Source of the DNA: Longimicrobiales bacterium
GTDB taxonomy: Bacteria > Gemmatimonadota > Gemmatimonadetes > Longimicrobiales > Gaopeijiaceae
Length of the DNA: 64,000 nucleotides
Assembly (NCBI GenBank): GCA_965204735.1
Contig: OZ242008.1
Location: 3,104,001-3,168,000, forward strand
Direction: 5' to 3'
The translations under genes were made by a program, and so were the position numbers. A model generated the notes under the pieces. It searched no databases, was not told the origin of the DNA, and worked only from the letters and a program-made list of their open reading frames with translations. This document shows positions 28,362 to 39,225 of the stretch, piece after piece; position 1 is the first letter of the stretch; each line of letters begins with the position of its first letter.

Positions 28362-30310
28362 CCGCCCCTTCGGCCATGGCGCCGGCCGTCTGGTCCGCTT
28401 TGCGCGTCGTGGCCCCGGCCCTCGCTCTGGCCGCCTGCTCCGCCCAGCCCCCCGCCACCTCCCACCCCGTCCGCGACGGCGACTGGCCGTTCTATGGTCG
28501 CGACGCCGGCGGCGCCAAGCACTCCCCCCTGGCGCAGATCAACCGCGCCAACGTGGCCCAGCTTCAAGTCGCCTGGACCTGGGAGACCGGCGAAGAGCCC
28601 ATACCGGGACCCATGTCGCCCATCCGCGGCCAACGGGTCCGTCCCGGCAACTTCGAGGCCACCCCCGTCGCCTACGACGGCGTCCTCTACCTTTCGACGC
28701 CCTACAACCGAGTGGTGGCGCTGGACGGAAGCACCGGCTTGCCCCATTGGGAGTACGATCCCGGCACCGTGGAGTGGGGCCAGCCGCCGAACGGCACCGG
28801 CTTTGTTCACCGGGGCGTAGCGCTATGGCAAGGCCCCGGCGAGCGGCGGTTGTTCCTCAACACCCGCTGGCGACTGATCGCCATCGACGCCGACACCGGG
28901 CAGCCCGTCGAGTCCTTCGGCCACATGGGCGAGATCGACCTGACCGAGAATCTGATCTGGCCCACCAACCGGCTCCACTACACGCAGACGTCGCCGCCCG
29001 TTGTCTTCGAGGAGTTGGTGATCCTCGGCAACGGGGTGTGGGACGGATTCGTCTATCCTCGGGATCCGCCGGGCGCGATCCAGGCGTTCGACGCGCGCAC
29101 CGGAAAGCTGGCTTGGTCGTTCAACTTGATCCCCCAGCCCGGCGAGTTCGGCAACGAGACCTGGGAAGACGGAAGCTGGGACTACACGGGCCACACCAAC
29201 GCCTGGGCGCCGATGGTCGTGGACGAGGAGAGGGGGCTGCTCTTCGCCGGCGTCGGCACGCCTTCCAACGACTACTACGGAGGCCACCGAAAGGGCGACA
29301 ACCTGTACGCCGAGTCCCTCGTGGCCATCGACGCGCGCACTGGGACGAGGGAATGGCACTATCAGACGGTGCACCACGGGCTCTGGGACTTCGACCTGCC
29401 CGGCGCGCCCGTCCTCATGACCTTGGCCGTGGACGGCCGGGTCGTGGACGCGGTGGCCGTGGCCGGGAAGACCGGTTTCGTGTACACCTTCGAGCGGGAG
29501 ACGGGCGAACCCGTCTGGCCGATCGAGGAGCGCCCGGTGCCGGCCAGCGACGTCCCCGGCGAGACGACGGCGGCCACGCAGCCGTTTCCGACCCGCCCGC
29601 CCGCCTTCGCGGCCCAGGGGTTCTCGCGGGAAGACCTGATCGACCTGACTCCGGCCTTGCGCCGGGAAGCCGAAGCTCTGGTCGCCGGCTACCGCTTCGG
29701 CCCCCTCTTCACGCCTCCGTCGATGGAGGGCGCCTTCGCCATGCCCGGCATCCTGGGGGGAGGCAACTGGGGCGGGGCCGCGTTCGACCCGGAGTCCGGC
29801 TTCCTCTTCGTCAAGTCCTCCGAAGAGCCCAGCCTGCTGAAGATCGGACCCGCCGACCCCGAGACCACTGTGGCGGAGTACGCAATAGACAGAAGTTCCT
29901 TCCGCACACTTCGCGTGGCCGGCAACGTTCCCATCTCGAACCCGCCTTGGGGGACCGTCACCGCCATCGACATGGGCGCCGGCGAGATCGCTTGGCAGGA
30001 ACCGGTGGGCGAGCGCCCGGAGATCAGGAACAACCCGGCCCTGGCAGGGGTCGCGCTGCCGGCGCGGCTGGGCGTCGTCGGTCCGCCGGGACCCTTTGCG
30101 ACCGCAGGCGGACTGGTCTTCCTGACCGGCGGCTCCGACGTTCTCTACGCCTTCGACAAGGACTCGGGCGACGTGATCTGGGAAGGGCGGCTCCCGGCTC
30201 CGGGCTATGCGAACCCCATGACGTTTCTGGCCGCGGACGGTCGGCAGCTGGTGGTGATCGCCACCGGCGGACCGGAGGGCGGGACGCTGGTGGCGTTCGG
30301 GCTGCCGTAG
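28358..30310 (+). CDS. PQQ-dependent dehydrogenase (quinoprotein glucose dehydrogenase-like)
   Basis: DWPFYG...SPLAQIN..NV..L..AW, EATP, HHGLWDFD, WPIEERPVP, GGGNWGG, PPWG, ANPMTF. Confidence 0.88.
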   Translation: MTAPSAMAPAVWSALRVVAPALALAACSAQPPATSHPVRDGDWPFYGRDAGGAKHSPLAQINRANVAQLQVAWTWETGEEPIPGPMSPIRGQRVRPGNFEATPVAYDGVLYLSTPYNRVVALDGSTGLPHWEYDPGTVEWGQPPNGTGFVHRGVALWQGPGERRLFLNTRWRLIAIDADTGQPVESFGHMGEIDLTENLIWPTNRLHYTQTSPPVVFEELVILGNGVWDGFVYPRDPPGAIQAFDARTGKLAWSFNLIPQPGEFGNETWEDGSWDYTGHTNAWAPMVVDEERGLLFAGVGTPSNDYYGGHRKGDNLYAESLVAIDARTGTREWHYQTVHHGLWDFDLPGAPVLMTLAVDGRVVDAVAVAGKTGFVYTFERETGEPVWPIEERPVPASDVPGETTAATQPFPTRPPAFAAQGFSREDLIDLTPALRREAEALVAGYRFGPLFTPPSMEGAFAMPGILGGGNWGGAAFDPESGFLFVKSSEEPSLLKIGPADPETTVAEYAIDRSSFRTLRVAGNVPISNPPWGTVTAIDMGAGEIAWQEPVGERPEIRNNPALAGVALPARLGVVGPPGPFATAGGLVFLTGGSDVLYAFDKDSGDVIWEGRLPAPGYANPMTFLAADGRQLVVIATGGPEGGTLVAFGLP

Positions 30311-30313
30311 GTC

Positions 30314-31681
30314 GTGGAACCGCGCGAACGGGTGGCGGCCAAGCCGTGCGCGGGCGTCGGGTCGGCCCCGAGGTCGTCGGTCGCGGCGGCGCTGCTCCCA
30401 GCCAAGTGGGCGCTGGCGTCGCTGCTCCTGGCGTCCTGCGGCGGCGCCCCCACCGAACCGGCGGTCGCCACCTTGAGGGTGGAGCCCAAGGAAGCCCTGA
30501 TCGTGGGCGCGGGCGGGTCGGCGACCTTCACGGCCATTGCCTTGGACGCCGACGGAGCGCTGGTGCGGGTCTCGCCCGAGTGGTCGGTCGGCAACGGCGA
30601 GGTGGCCTCCGTCGGGAGCGGGGGCTCCGCCGTCGGCATCGCCGGCGGCGCCACCACCGTGACCGCATCCGTGGACGGACTGCGGGCCAGCGCCCGCTTG
30701 GAGGTGTACGTCCCGGCGGAAGTCGCCCATTACGAGCCCGGACGAAGCTACTTCGGCCGTCGCAACTACGTGGAGTACGTCCCCGGCGAGCTTCCCCTGA
30801 TCCTGTCGGCTTCTCACGGAGGCGTGGCGCTGCCGCGGGAGGTCCCCGACCGCGCGTGGGGCACGCTTCGTGCCGATCGCAACACGCTGGAGCTCGCTCT
30901 TGCCATGCGCGACGCCTTGGTGGAGCTGACCGGCTTCGCGCCTCACCTTGTTCTCTCTCACCTCCACCGGAGCAAGCTGGACCCGAACCGGGAGATCGAG
31001 GAGGCCGCCCAGGGCAACATCTACGCCGAACAGGCGTGGCGGGAGTTCCACGACCTGACCCGCACCGCTCGCGCAACCGTCTGGGGCGCCTTCGGCGAGG
31101 GATTGTACTTGGACGTCCACGGTCACAGCCACGACATCCCGCGCGTCGAGCTGGGCTACCTCCTCACCGCCGACAAGCTGAACGAGCCCGACGCCTCCTT
31201 GAACAGCTTGGCGGTAGTGCGCTGCACCAGCATCCGAGAACTGGGACGCGACTCGCCCATACCCTTTTCGCGGCTCTTGCGGGGCGCAACTTCCTTCGGC
31301 GGCTTGCTGCAGGAAGAAGGCGTGCGGTCGGTGCCCAGCCCGTCCGACCCGTCTCCCGGCGACGATCCCTATTGGCGGGGCGGCTACAACACCCGCGAGC
31401 ACGGCTCTCGATCCGACGGCGAGCTGATCAGCGGCATCCAGCTGGAGCACCACTGGTCCGGGCTTCGGGACACGGAGGAAAACCGCCGGGAGTACGCCGC
31501 CCGGGCCGCTCGGGTGGTCAAGCGCTTCATGACGGAGCACTTCGGGTACTTCGAGCCGGGGAGCGGGACGCGGGCCGGCGCGTCGCTGATGTCGCTGGAC
31601 GGTCGGGTCCACGCGACGGCGCCGGCGGGAAGAATCGCCCAGGCGGGCGCCACGGCCGCTCAGACCGAGGCGTGCCCCTGA
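30314..31681 (+). CDS. Lipoprotein with Ig-like (Big_2) domain and N-formylglutamate amidohydrolase-like domain
   Basis: LLASC lipobox; W.....VASV...G...G...G.TTVTA; ILSASHGG, RSKLDPNR, DVHGHSH, GGYNT..HG, IQLE. Confidence 0.65.
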   Translation: MEPRERVAAKPCAGVGSAPRSSVAAALLPAKWALASLLLASCGGAPTEPAVATLRVEPKEALIVGAGGSATFTAIALDADGALVRVSPEWSVGNGEVASVGSGGSAVGIAGGATTVTASVDGLRASARLEVYVPAEVAHYEPGRSYFGRRNYVEYVPGELPLILSASHGGVALPREVPDRAWGTLRADRNTLELALAMRDALVELTGFAPHLVLSHLHRSKLDPNREIEEAAQGNIYAEQAWREFHDLTRTARATVWGAFGEGLYLDVHGHSHDIPRVELGYLLTADKLNEPDASLNSLAVVRCTSIRELGRDSPIPFSRLLRGATSFGGLLQEEGVRSVPSPSDPSPGDDPYWRGGYNTREHGSRSDGELISGIQLEHHWSGLRDTEENRREYAARAARVVKRFMTEHFGYFEPGSGTRAGASLMSLDGRVHATAPAGRIAQAGATAAQTEACP

Positions 31682-31861
31682 CGTACGCCCGGGGAGCCTC
31701 CGTTCGCTCGGCGTGCTTGTCGTCGCACCGCCGCGCCCCTGACCTACGCCCGAGGAAGCCCGGAAAAGAGTCCGGCCTCGGCCCAGGCCTATCGGCCCTT
31801 GGCCCGGCCGGAGGAGGCCGAGCCCAGATGGAGGAAGCTGAGGCCTGGACCAGCGCCGGCG

Positions 31862-32470
31862 CTAGCGCCCGATGCGCAATCCGAGCTGGAACTGCTGCTG
31901 GTCGTGCACTCCCGCCACGATCCTGCGGCTCCCCTGAACGATCCACTGGGGCTTGATCTCGTAGGCGAGCCCAATCGTCCACTGGCCGCCCAGCCCGTTG
32001 CCCGACCAGTTGCCGAGCACTTCGCCCAAGTGACTGTTGACGGATTGGACTTGGTAGAGGAGGCCGGCGCCGACGAAGGGGCGAAACGCCTTGCCCTTGC
32101 GGAAGTCGTAGAAGAGGCTCGCGATCACCGAAAGAGCCGCGATCTTTTCGCTCTCGCTGTAGCAGCAGCTCCGGGAAGCGAACGCCGACGAGTACGACGC
32201 CTCGATCTGGCCCCGAAGGGTGCTGTAGATTCCGGGTTTTCCGAGGACGGCGGACAGGTTGTGTCCGACGTCGCCGGAGTGCGTGTCGGTGACGCCGCCG
32301 GCGAAGCCGAAGTAGTAGGAGGGGACGACCGTCGGGGCGACGGGCTGCGCGTCGACGGACTGGGCGGAGGCGGGGGCGGCCGTCGTCGGCCCGAGGACGA
32401 AGGCGAGCGCGAGGGCGAGGACGAGGCCGGCGGGTCGCGCGGCCGCGCTTTCCAGGCTGTTCCGGGTCAT
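31862..32470 (-). CDS. Outer-membrane beta-barrel protein (OmpA/opacity-like)
   Basis: Signal peptide ending ASA; alternating beta strands (YDF, RPFVGAG, GLAYEI, FQLGLRI). Confidence 0.6.
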   Translation of the reverse strand: MTRNSLESAAARPAGLVLALALAFVLGPTTAAPASAQSVDAQPVAPTVVPSYYFGFAGGVTDTHSGDVGHNLSAVLGKPGIYSTLRGQIEASYSSAFASRSCCYSESEKIAALSVIASLFYDFRKGKAFRPFVGAGLLYQVQSVNSHLGEVLGNWSGNGLGGQWTIGLAYEIKPQWIVQGSRRIVAGVHDQQQFQLGLRIGR

Positions 32471-32856
32471 GGAACGAATCTCCGGTCTGCGAAAACGTAG
32501 GGAGTATACACACTAATAATAATACGATGTCACGAGCTTGCCCCGGGGTTGCATGGGGCAGCAGCGAGCGAAACGCGATCCGAGGCGAAGGTGGCTTGCG
32601 GCTGGTGCATCGCGGGCAGCGGGAGGGTTCCCGGCAACGCGGCATCCCCCCGTCGGCGCGGCATCCAATGGAACCCCGCGAGGCGTCCAAGGTTCCATCG
32701 GAAGTTGCGGACGAGGTCCTCCCAGCGCTGCGAAGCCTTCCGCAGCACCCGCGGTTCGCCTCGACCGCCCCAGCCGCCTACCTTCTCCGACGTGCCACGG
32801 CATGCACGAGGCCCGCCGTCCCGGAGCCTCGCGAGAGGCACGAAAGGACCCGTCAA

Positions 32857-34809
32857 ATGCACGCAACCGTTCAAGTCGCCCGCCCTACGGTCCAGCGGGC
32901 CGCCCCTGGATTCCCGAGGGCCGACCCTGGATTCCCGAGGACCGTCGCGCTTCTGGTCCTGGCCTTGGCCTCGGCCGTCGCAACCCCGGCCCGGGCCCAG
33001 ACTGGGACGGTCGCCGGGCGCGTCCTCGACGCCGTCGGCGGCACGCCCCTTGCCGGAGCGCAGGTCGTGGTCGTGGGCGCCGGCATAAGCCAACTCGCTG
33101 GACAGAACGGCGAGTACCGGCTCTCCGGGGTTCCCGCCGGGCAGCACGTCCTGGAAGCGCGGGCGGCAGGGTTCGCCCACAATCGGCAGACCGTCGCCGT
33201 GCTCGCCGGACAGACCGTGAGGCTGGATTTCGCGCTCCAGCCCGCCGCCACGCTCGAGCAGATCCAGGTGCAGCCCCGAGCCGCCGACCAAGCCGTCGCC
33301 GGGATGCGGAGGCGCGCCTTCGCCAGCCAGCCTTTTAGGGACTTCAACACCGAGTCCTACGCGCACGTCCAGGAGAACGACTTCCGAACCGTCGCCGCGT
33401 CGCCCCTGTCCACCTTCTCCATCGACGTGGACCGAGCGTCCTACGCGAACGTGCGGCGCTTCATCCACTCCGGCGAGCGTCCGCCGATCGACGCCGTGCG
33501 GATCGAGGAGATGATCAACTACTTCCCCTACAAGTGGGGCGAGGTCGCGGGCGACCATCCGTTCTCGGTCGGCGCCGAGGTGTGGGAAGCGCCCTGGAAG
33601 CCCGAGCACCGGCTGGTTCGGATCGGGCTGCACGCGCGATCGGTGGAGACGGAGCACCTGCCGCCGGCCAACTTGGTCTTCCTCGTGGACGTGTCGGGAT
33701 CGATGGCCTACCCGGACAAGCTGCCGCTGCTCAAGAAGGCGTTCGCGCTCTTGGTGGAGCAGCTTCGGCCGACGGACCGGGTCGCAATCGTGGTGTACGC
33801 AGGGGCCGCCGGGTTGGCCCTGCCCTCCACGCCGGGCGACGAGCGGGCCGAGATCCTGGCCGCGCTGGAGCAGCTGGAGGCGGGCGGAAGCACGGCGGGC
33901 GGCGCCGGGATTCGGTTGGCTTACGAGACGGCGCGCGAGCACTTCGTCGACGGCGGCAACAACCGGGTCGTGCTGGCAACCGACGGCGACTTCAACGTGG
34001 GCGCCTCCAGCGACGCCGAGATGGTGCGCCTGATCGAGAAGGAGCGCGACGCCGGCGTCTTCCTGACCGTGCTGGGCTTCGGAACCGGCAACTTGAAGGA
34101 TTCGAAGATGGAGCAGATCGCCGACCACGGCAACGGCAACTTCCACTACGTCGACAACCTCCTGGAGGCGCGGAAAGTCTTGGTCGAGGAGATGGGCGGC
34201 ACCCTTCTCACGCTGGCCAAGGACGTGAAGCTGCAAGTCGAGTTCAATCCGAAGCGGGCCGCGGGATATCGGCTCGTCGGCTACGAGAACCGCCTGCTGG
34301 ACGCCGAGGACTTCGCCGACGACACAAAGGACGCCGGGGAGCTGGGCGCCGGACACACGGTGACCGCCTTGTACGAAGTGGTGCCTGCGGGTGCGCCCGT
34401 TCCCCGCGAGGGCGAAGTCGATTCGTTGCGCTACCAAGCGCGCCCGCTCGCGGAGCCCGACGGGGGCGACTTCGACGACGAGCTCATGTACGTGAAAGTG
34501 CGCTACAAGGATCCGAACGGAACCCGGAGCAAGTTGCTCGAACACGCCGTCGCCGACGAGCCGGGCTCGCCGTCCGCGGACTTTCGGTTTGCAACGGCGG
34601 TGGCGGGATTCGGGATGCTGCTCCGGGAGTCGCCCCACGCCGGGACATGGGAGCTCGACGACGCGATTGCTCTTGCGGAGCGCAGCCGGGGAGACGACCC
34701 CCGTGGCTACCGTGGCGAGTTCGTGCGACTCGTGGAGGCGGTGCGGGACCTGTCGCTGCTCGACCGGAAGGCGGAGGAGACCACGCGACGGCCGTGGCGG
34801 CGAGAGTAG
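32857..34809 (+). CDS. YfbK-like vWA domain protein with N-terminal carboxypeptidase-regulatory-like domain
   Basis: GTVAGRV.D...GEYRL..VPAG; PLSTFSIDVDRASY, LVDVSGSM, LATDGDFNVG, AKDVKLQVEFNP, DAGELGAGH. Confidence 0.88.
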   Translation: MHATVQVARPTVQRAAPGFPRADPGFPRTVALLVLALASAVATPARAQTGTVAGRVLDAVGGTPLAGAQVVVVGAGISQLAGQNGEYRLSGVPAGQHVLEARAAGFAHNRQTVAVLAGQTVRLDFALQPAATLEQIQVQPRAADQAVAGMRRRAFASQPFRDFNTESYAHVQENDFRTVAASPLSTFSIDVDRASYANVRRFIHSGERPPIDAVRIEEMINYFPYKWGEVAGDHPFSVGAEVWEAPWKPEHRLVRIGLHARSVETEHLPPANLVFLVDVSGSMAYPDKLPLLKKAFALLVEQLRPTDRVAIVVYAGAAGLALPSTPGDERAEILAALEQLEAGGSTAGGAGIRLAYETAREHFVDGGNNRVVLATDGDFNVGASSDAEMVRLIEKERDAGVFLTVLGFGTGNLKDSKMEQIADHGNGNFHYVDNLLEARKVLVEEMGGTLLTLAKDVKLQVEFNPKRAAGYRLVGYENRLLDAEDFADDTKDAGELGAGHTVTALYEVVPAGAPVPREGEVDSLRYQARPLAEPDGGDFDDELMYVKVRYKDPNGTRSKLLEHAVADEPGSPSADFRFATAVAGFGMLLRESPHAGTWELDDAIALAERSRGDDPRGYRGEFVRLVEAVRDLSLLDRKAEETTRRPWRRE

Positions 34810-35002
34810 CAGGTCGGCGTCTGTGGACGACCAGACTGCCCTCCGCCACGTCGATCTCTTCCGGTCCCGGCCTGCGCGCTCCCCCGCCCCGCGCCGGATT
34901 TGCGCTCCCCGGTTCGAAGGTCAATCTTGTTGGGCCCCGGCGCGGGACGCGCACCCGCCCGTGCACGCCCCCTCTGCAGACTCCGCAGGAAGGAGCGCGA
35001 CG

Positions 35003-37057
35003 ATGGAACGCACCGGCATCGCTGCAAGAACCGTGATCGCCCCAGCTGCATTCGCCCTGGCGCTGGCCGGGATTGCGGTCGGTCCCGAGGCCGCGCCCGC
35101 CCAGGAAGACGTCCGGGTCGAAGTCGAGCCTGCTGCGCTGGCCCTGGAAGTCGGCGACAAGGCGCAGGTGGTCGCCCGCGTAGTGGACGCCGGCGGAGAG
35201 TTGGTGGACGTGCCCGTGCTCTTCGTCGCGAGTCCCCGGGGCGGGCTCGCCGTGGACCGCTCCACCGGCGAGGTGGAAGCGCTCAAGGGCGGGCAGTACC
35301 GAATCTTCGCCAGGGCCAGGACGCAGGGCGGGGGCAGGCCGTCGACCAGCGTGGCCGTCACCGTGGCGTTCCCTCCGCTGGACCGGATCGAGGTCTCGGA
35401 AGCCAGTGGACGCTTCTACGTGGGCGCAACCGTCCGCCACAAGGCCCGCGTGATCGACGAAGCCGAGGACGTGCGGGACGTGGAGGTGACTTGGAGCACC
35501 TCCGACGCCGCCGTCGCAACGGTGGACCGCTTCGGCTACTTCACCGCCCACCGAACCGGCGACGCGACCCTGACCGCTCAAGCCGAAGCGGTCTCGGCCG
35601 AGGTCCGGTACCAAATCGTCGAGAACCCTGTCGCCAAGGTCGAGATCGCCCATTGGAAGGGGCAGCGGCCGGCAGGCCGCGTCGCTGCCAGACCCGGCGA
35701 GGTGCACCGCACCGGCGACGTGCTCCACTTCGTCGGCACGCCCCGAGACGCCGAGGGCGCCGAAGTGGACGACATGCCCGTCGCCTATGCATTGGAGGCG
35801 AACCCGGACGCCGTGGCCACGGGGGACTTCCCGCCCGCCGAAGTGGACGGCCAGGGCCGCTTCGTCGCGTACAAGCCCGGCGTTTACACGGTGACCGCCA
35901 GCGTGCCCGGCCACTCCGCCCGCGAGACGGTGGAGGTGCTGGCGCGTCACGTCGCCGAGGAGGTGGAGCTGGTGGGTCAGGGCGCTGTGCGCAACGTATC
36001 CACGTCCGACCTGTGGGTGTGGGAAGGCGTGGACGGCCGCGACTACGCCGTCACTGGAACCCACAGCGGCCACGGGAGCATCTACTGGTGGGACGTGACC
36101 GATCCCGCGAGCCCCGTGCTGACCGACTCGCTGGTCGTGGACGCCCGCACCACCAACGACGTGAAGGTGTCGGAGGACGGCAAGCTTTGCGTGGTCTCCC
36201 GCGAGGGCGCGTCGAACCGACGCAACGGGATCGTGATCGTGGATTGCTCGGACCCGCGCAATGTCGAGATCGTCTCGACCTACGACGACGGGCTGACCGG
36301 CGGCGTGCACAACCTCTTTGTGTACGAAAACCACGTGTACGCGGTGAACAACGGCGTGCGCTTCGACGTCATCAACATCGAGGACCCGACCAATCCGCAC
36401 AGGGTCGGCCGCTTCCAGCTCGATGCGCCCGGTCCCCGCATTCACGACATCTGGATCGTGGACGGCGTCGCGTACACGTCCAACTGGGGCGACGGCGTGG
36501 CAGTGATCGACGTGGGCGGCGGGGGCAAGGGCGGCAGCCCGTCCAACCCCGTCGAGATGGCACGCTTTCGGGACATCGGCGGACGCACGCACGCCGCATT
36601 CCCCTACGTCAGCCCGACGGGCCGCTTCTACATCTTCATGGGCGACGAGATCGGGCGCCCGGGCTTCGACGGCCAGGAGAGGGGCCGCACGCCCGAGTTC
36701 ATGGCGGGCTACATCCATGTGGTGGACTTTACCGACCCGGAAAACCCGGAAGAGGTCGCTCGCTACGAGATCCCAGAGGCCGGCTCGCACAACATGTGGA
36801 TCGAGAACGACCGCCTCTACGCCGCCTTCTACAACGGCGGCCTTCGGGTCGTGGACATCTCCGGCGAGCTGAAGGGCAACCTGTACCATCAGGGCCGAGA
36901 GATCGCCGTGTACAAGTCGTACGATCCCGACGGCGTCGTGGCCAATGCGCCGTTCACCTGGGGACCGCAGATGCACAAGGGCAACCTCTTCTTCGCCGAA
37001 TACTTCTCCGGCCTGTGGGCGGTGAAGCTTCAGCCCAGGAGGACGCTGGTTCCTTGA
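35003..37057 (+). CDS. Secreted Ig-like plus LVIVD-repeat protein
   Basis: AAGGAG RBS; WSTSDAAVATVD Ig motif; repeated (V/I)D(V/I)(T/S)DP..P units. Confidence 0.8.
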   Translation: MERTGIAARTVIAPAAFALALAGIAVGPEAAPAQEDVRVEVEPAALALEVGDKAQVVARVVDAGGELVDVPVLFVASPRGGLAVDRSTGEVEALKGGQYRIFARARTQGGGRPSTSVAVTVAFPPLDRIEVSEASGRFYVGATVRHKARVIDEAEDVRDVEVTWSTSDAAVATVDRFGYFTAHRTGDATLTAQAEAVSAEVRYQIVENPVAKVEIAHWKGQRPAGRVAARPGEVHRTGDVLHFVGTPRDAEGAEVDDMPVAYALEANPDAVATGDFPPAEVDGQGRFVAYKPGVYTVTASVPGHSARETVEVLARHVAEEVELVGQGAVRNVSTSDLWVWEGVDGRDYAVTGTHSGHGSIYWWDVTDPASPVLTDSLVVDARTTNDVKVSEDGKLCVVSREGASNRRNGIVIVDCSDPRNVEIVSTYDDGLTGGVHNLFVYENHVYAVNNGVRFDVINIEDPTNPHRVGRFQLDAPGPRIHDIWIVDGVAYTSNWGDGVAVIDVGGGGKGGSPSNPVEMARFRDIGGRTHAAFPYVSPTGRFYIFMGDEIGRPGFDGQERGRTPEFMAGYIHVVDFTDPENPEEVARYEIPEAGSHNMWIENDRLYAAFYNGGLRVVDISGELKGNLYHQGREIAVYKSYDPDGVVANAPFTWGPQMHKGNLFFAEYFSGLWAVKLQPRRTLVP

Positions 37058-37065
37058 GGCAAGGC

Positions 37066-38229
37066 ATGTCGTCTTTCTTCGGGCGAGGAGCGTCGTCTTT
37101 CCTTGGACGGCATCTGTCGGCGGCGGGCGCGTCGGCGTTTGCCGCAACCGCCGCGCTTGCGGCCACCACTCTTGGAGCCGCCCCACGCTCCGCAACTGCC
37201 CAGTCCTACTGGGTCTACGTCGCAGCCGAATCGGAGGACCAGGTCTCGCTCCTTCGCTACGACGCAGGGGGCGCCCTCGTGGTGGAGAAGACGATTCCGA
37301 CCGGATGGCTGCCGGCCGAGATCGAGGCGCCCCACGGCGTCTTCGTGGACCCTGCCGGCGACTACTGGTATCTGACGCTGGGACACGGATTCCCCAACGG
37401 CCAGCTGGTGAAGTACGAGACCGGCACCGACAGAGTGGTCGGCGTGGCGGAGCTGGGGCTGTTCCCTGCGACCGTTGCGGTGCCCCCCGACGGCGCCGTC
37501 GCGTTGGCGGTCAACGCCAACTTCCACGGCGACCACGTCCCCTCCACCGTGTCGATTGTGGACCTGGAAACGATGGAGCCGATCGCGGACGTGACCACAT
37601 GCACGATGCCCCATGGTTCCCGCTTCAGCTCCGACGGCTCCAAGCACTACTCCGCGTGCATGATGGACAACCAGCTCGTGGAGATCGACGGCGCGAGCCT
37701 CAGGGTCGTTCGGCGGCTCGACCTGGTGCGCAACGAGCTCGCCCCCGAGCCATCGGACGGGCACATGGCCATGGCGCCGCCCGACGGACACTGCTCTCCT
37801 ACCTGGGCCACGCCCCACCCCGACGGCCGTCGCGTCTTCGTGCCCTGCAACCGCGACGACGCAATACTGGAAGTGGACGTGGAGCGCTGGCGGGTCGTCC
37901 GCAGAATCGAAGCGCCGGGCGCGCCCTACAACCTGGACGTGACGCCCGACGGCGAGAAGCTTCTGGCAACGCTGAAGGGCAGCGCCCAGTTCGCCGTCTG
38001 GGAGCTGGCGACGGGCAAGCGCCTGCACCTGCTGGACTCGAAGATGCGCGTGACTCACGGCGTGGTCGCAACCCCCGACGGCCGCTACGCCATCGTGACC
38101 GTGGAAGGAATCGGCGGCGATCCGGGCACGGTCGAAGTGATCGACCTGGAGGCCGGCCGGCGCGTGGCGTCGGCGTCGATCGGCAAGCAGGCCGGCGGCA
38201 TCGCGCTGTGGAAGATGGAGGGTCCGTGA
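37066..38229 (+). CDS. YncE/YVTN-like beta-propeller protein
   Basis: YVAAESED.VS, PHG, TPDG repeats. Confidence 0.78.
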   Translation: MSSFFGRGASSFLGRHLSAAGASAFAATAALAATTLGAAPRSATAQSYWVYVAAESEDQVSLLRYDAGGALVVEKTIPTGWLPAEIEAPHGVFVDPAGDYWYLTLGHGFPNGQLVKYETGTDRVVGVAELGLFPATVAVPPDGAVALAVNANFHGDHVPSTVSIVDLETMEPIADVTTCTMPHGSRFSSDGSKHYSACMMDNQLVEIDGASLRVVRRLDLVRNELAPEPSDGHMAMAPPDGHCSPTWATPHPDGRRVFVPCNRDDAILEVDVERWRVVRRIEAPGAPYNLDVTPDGEKLLATLKGSAQFAVWELATGKRLHLLDSKMRVTHGVVATPDGRYAIVTVEGIGGDPGTVEVIDLEAGRRVASASIGKQAGGIALWKMEGP

Positions 38230-39200
38230 GACGCTTCGCAGCCTTGCCCACGCTTCTGGCCGTCGCGTCGGCGTGCCAGCCCGCGTATCCGCCGGAAGCC
38301 GCCAGCGACCAGGCGAACGAGCCCGGCTGGACGTGGAGCGACGAGCGCGTCTGGGAGACCGTGCACGCGGTCCGTGCCGGCAGGGACCTCCAGCCTGCGC
38401 AATGGCCGAATGGGGCGCGGGTGGCGGTGCTGCTCTCCTTCGACGTGGACAACGAGACCGTGACGGGACTTCGCTACGGGGACGCGACCGTGGGGTCCCT
38501 GTCCCAGGGCCAGTACGGCGCGCGGCGCGCGTTGCCTCGCGTGGTGGACCTGCTCGACCGGGAGGGTGTTCCAGCGTCGTTCTTCATTCCGGCGGTGAGC
38601 TTGGTCATCGACCCGTCCCAGATTGGGGTCATACAGGCTGCCGGACACCATGAGTTCGCGGTCCACGGGTGGATTCACGAACTCAACTCCAGCTTGGACG
38701 CCGACACCGAGCGCGCCCTGCTGCAGCGCGCCGTGGACTACATGACCGAGGCCACTGGCACGCGGCCGCTGGGCTACCGGGCTCCGTCGTGGAACTTCAG
38801 CCCGAACACCTTGTCGATCATCCGCGAGATGGGGTTCCTCTACGACTCCTCGCTGATGGCCGACGACCGGCCTTACGAGATCAACGCCGCCGGCGAGCCC
38901 ACTGGGATGGTTGAGTTGCCGGTCGAGTGGATTCTGGACGACGCGCCCCTCTTCAACCCCCGCGGCAACCGCTACGCCAACCCCCGGGACGTCCTGCAAG
39001 TGTGGATCGACGAGTTCGACGGGGCGCTCGCCGACGGCACCATGTTCCTGCTCACGATGCATCCCCACGTAATCGGCCACCGGTCCCGAATCGTGGTGCT
39101 GGAGGAGCTGGTTCGGTACATCAAGAGCCACGGCGCCGACGTATGGTTCGCCACGCACTTGGAAGCTGCGCAGTACGTGAAGGAAGAGGCGGGGCTGTAG
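38226..39200 (+). CDS. Polysaccharide deacetylase (PgdA/PuuE-like CE4) lipoprotein
   Basis: WPNGARVAV.LSFDVD, HGWIHE, GYRAPSW, YDSS, LTMHPHVIG. Confidence 0.85.
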   Translation: MRRFAALPTLLAVASACQPAYPPEAASDQANEPGWTWSDERVWETVHAVRAGRDLQPAQWPNGARVAVLLSFDVDNETVTGLRYGDATVGSLSQGQYGARRALPRVVDLLDREGVPASFFIPAVSLVIDPSQIGVIQAAGHHEFAVHGWIHELNSSLDADTERALLQRAVDYMTEATGTRPLGYRAPSWNFSPNTLSIIREMGFLYDSSLMADDRPYEINAAGEPTGMVELPVEWILDDAPLFNPRGNRYANPRDVLQVWIDEFDGALADGTMFLLTMHPHVIGHRSRIVVLEELVRYIKSHGADVWFATHLEAAQYVKEEAGL

Positions 39201-39225
39201 CAGGCCCCTCGAGACCAGCCAGTCC

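Noticed and set aside
32495..32710. AT-rich patch and inverted repeat ATGGAACC...GGTTCCAT between the OMP and vWA genes
   Set aside because: Probably ordinary divergent promoter or operator sequence; no specific regulator or RNA could be supported.
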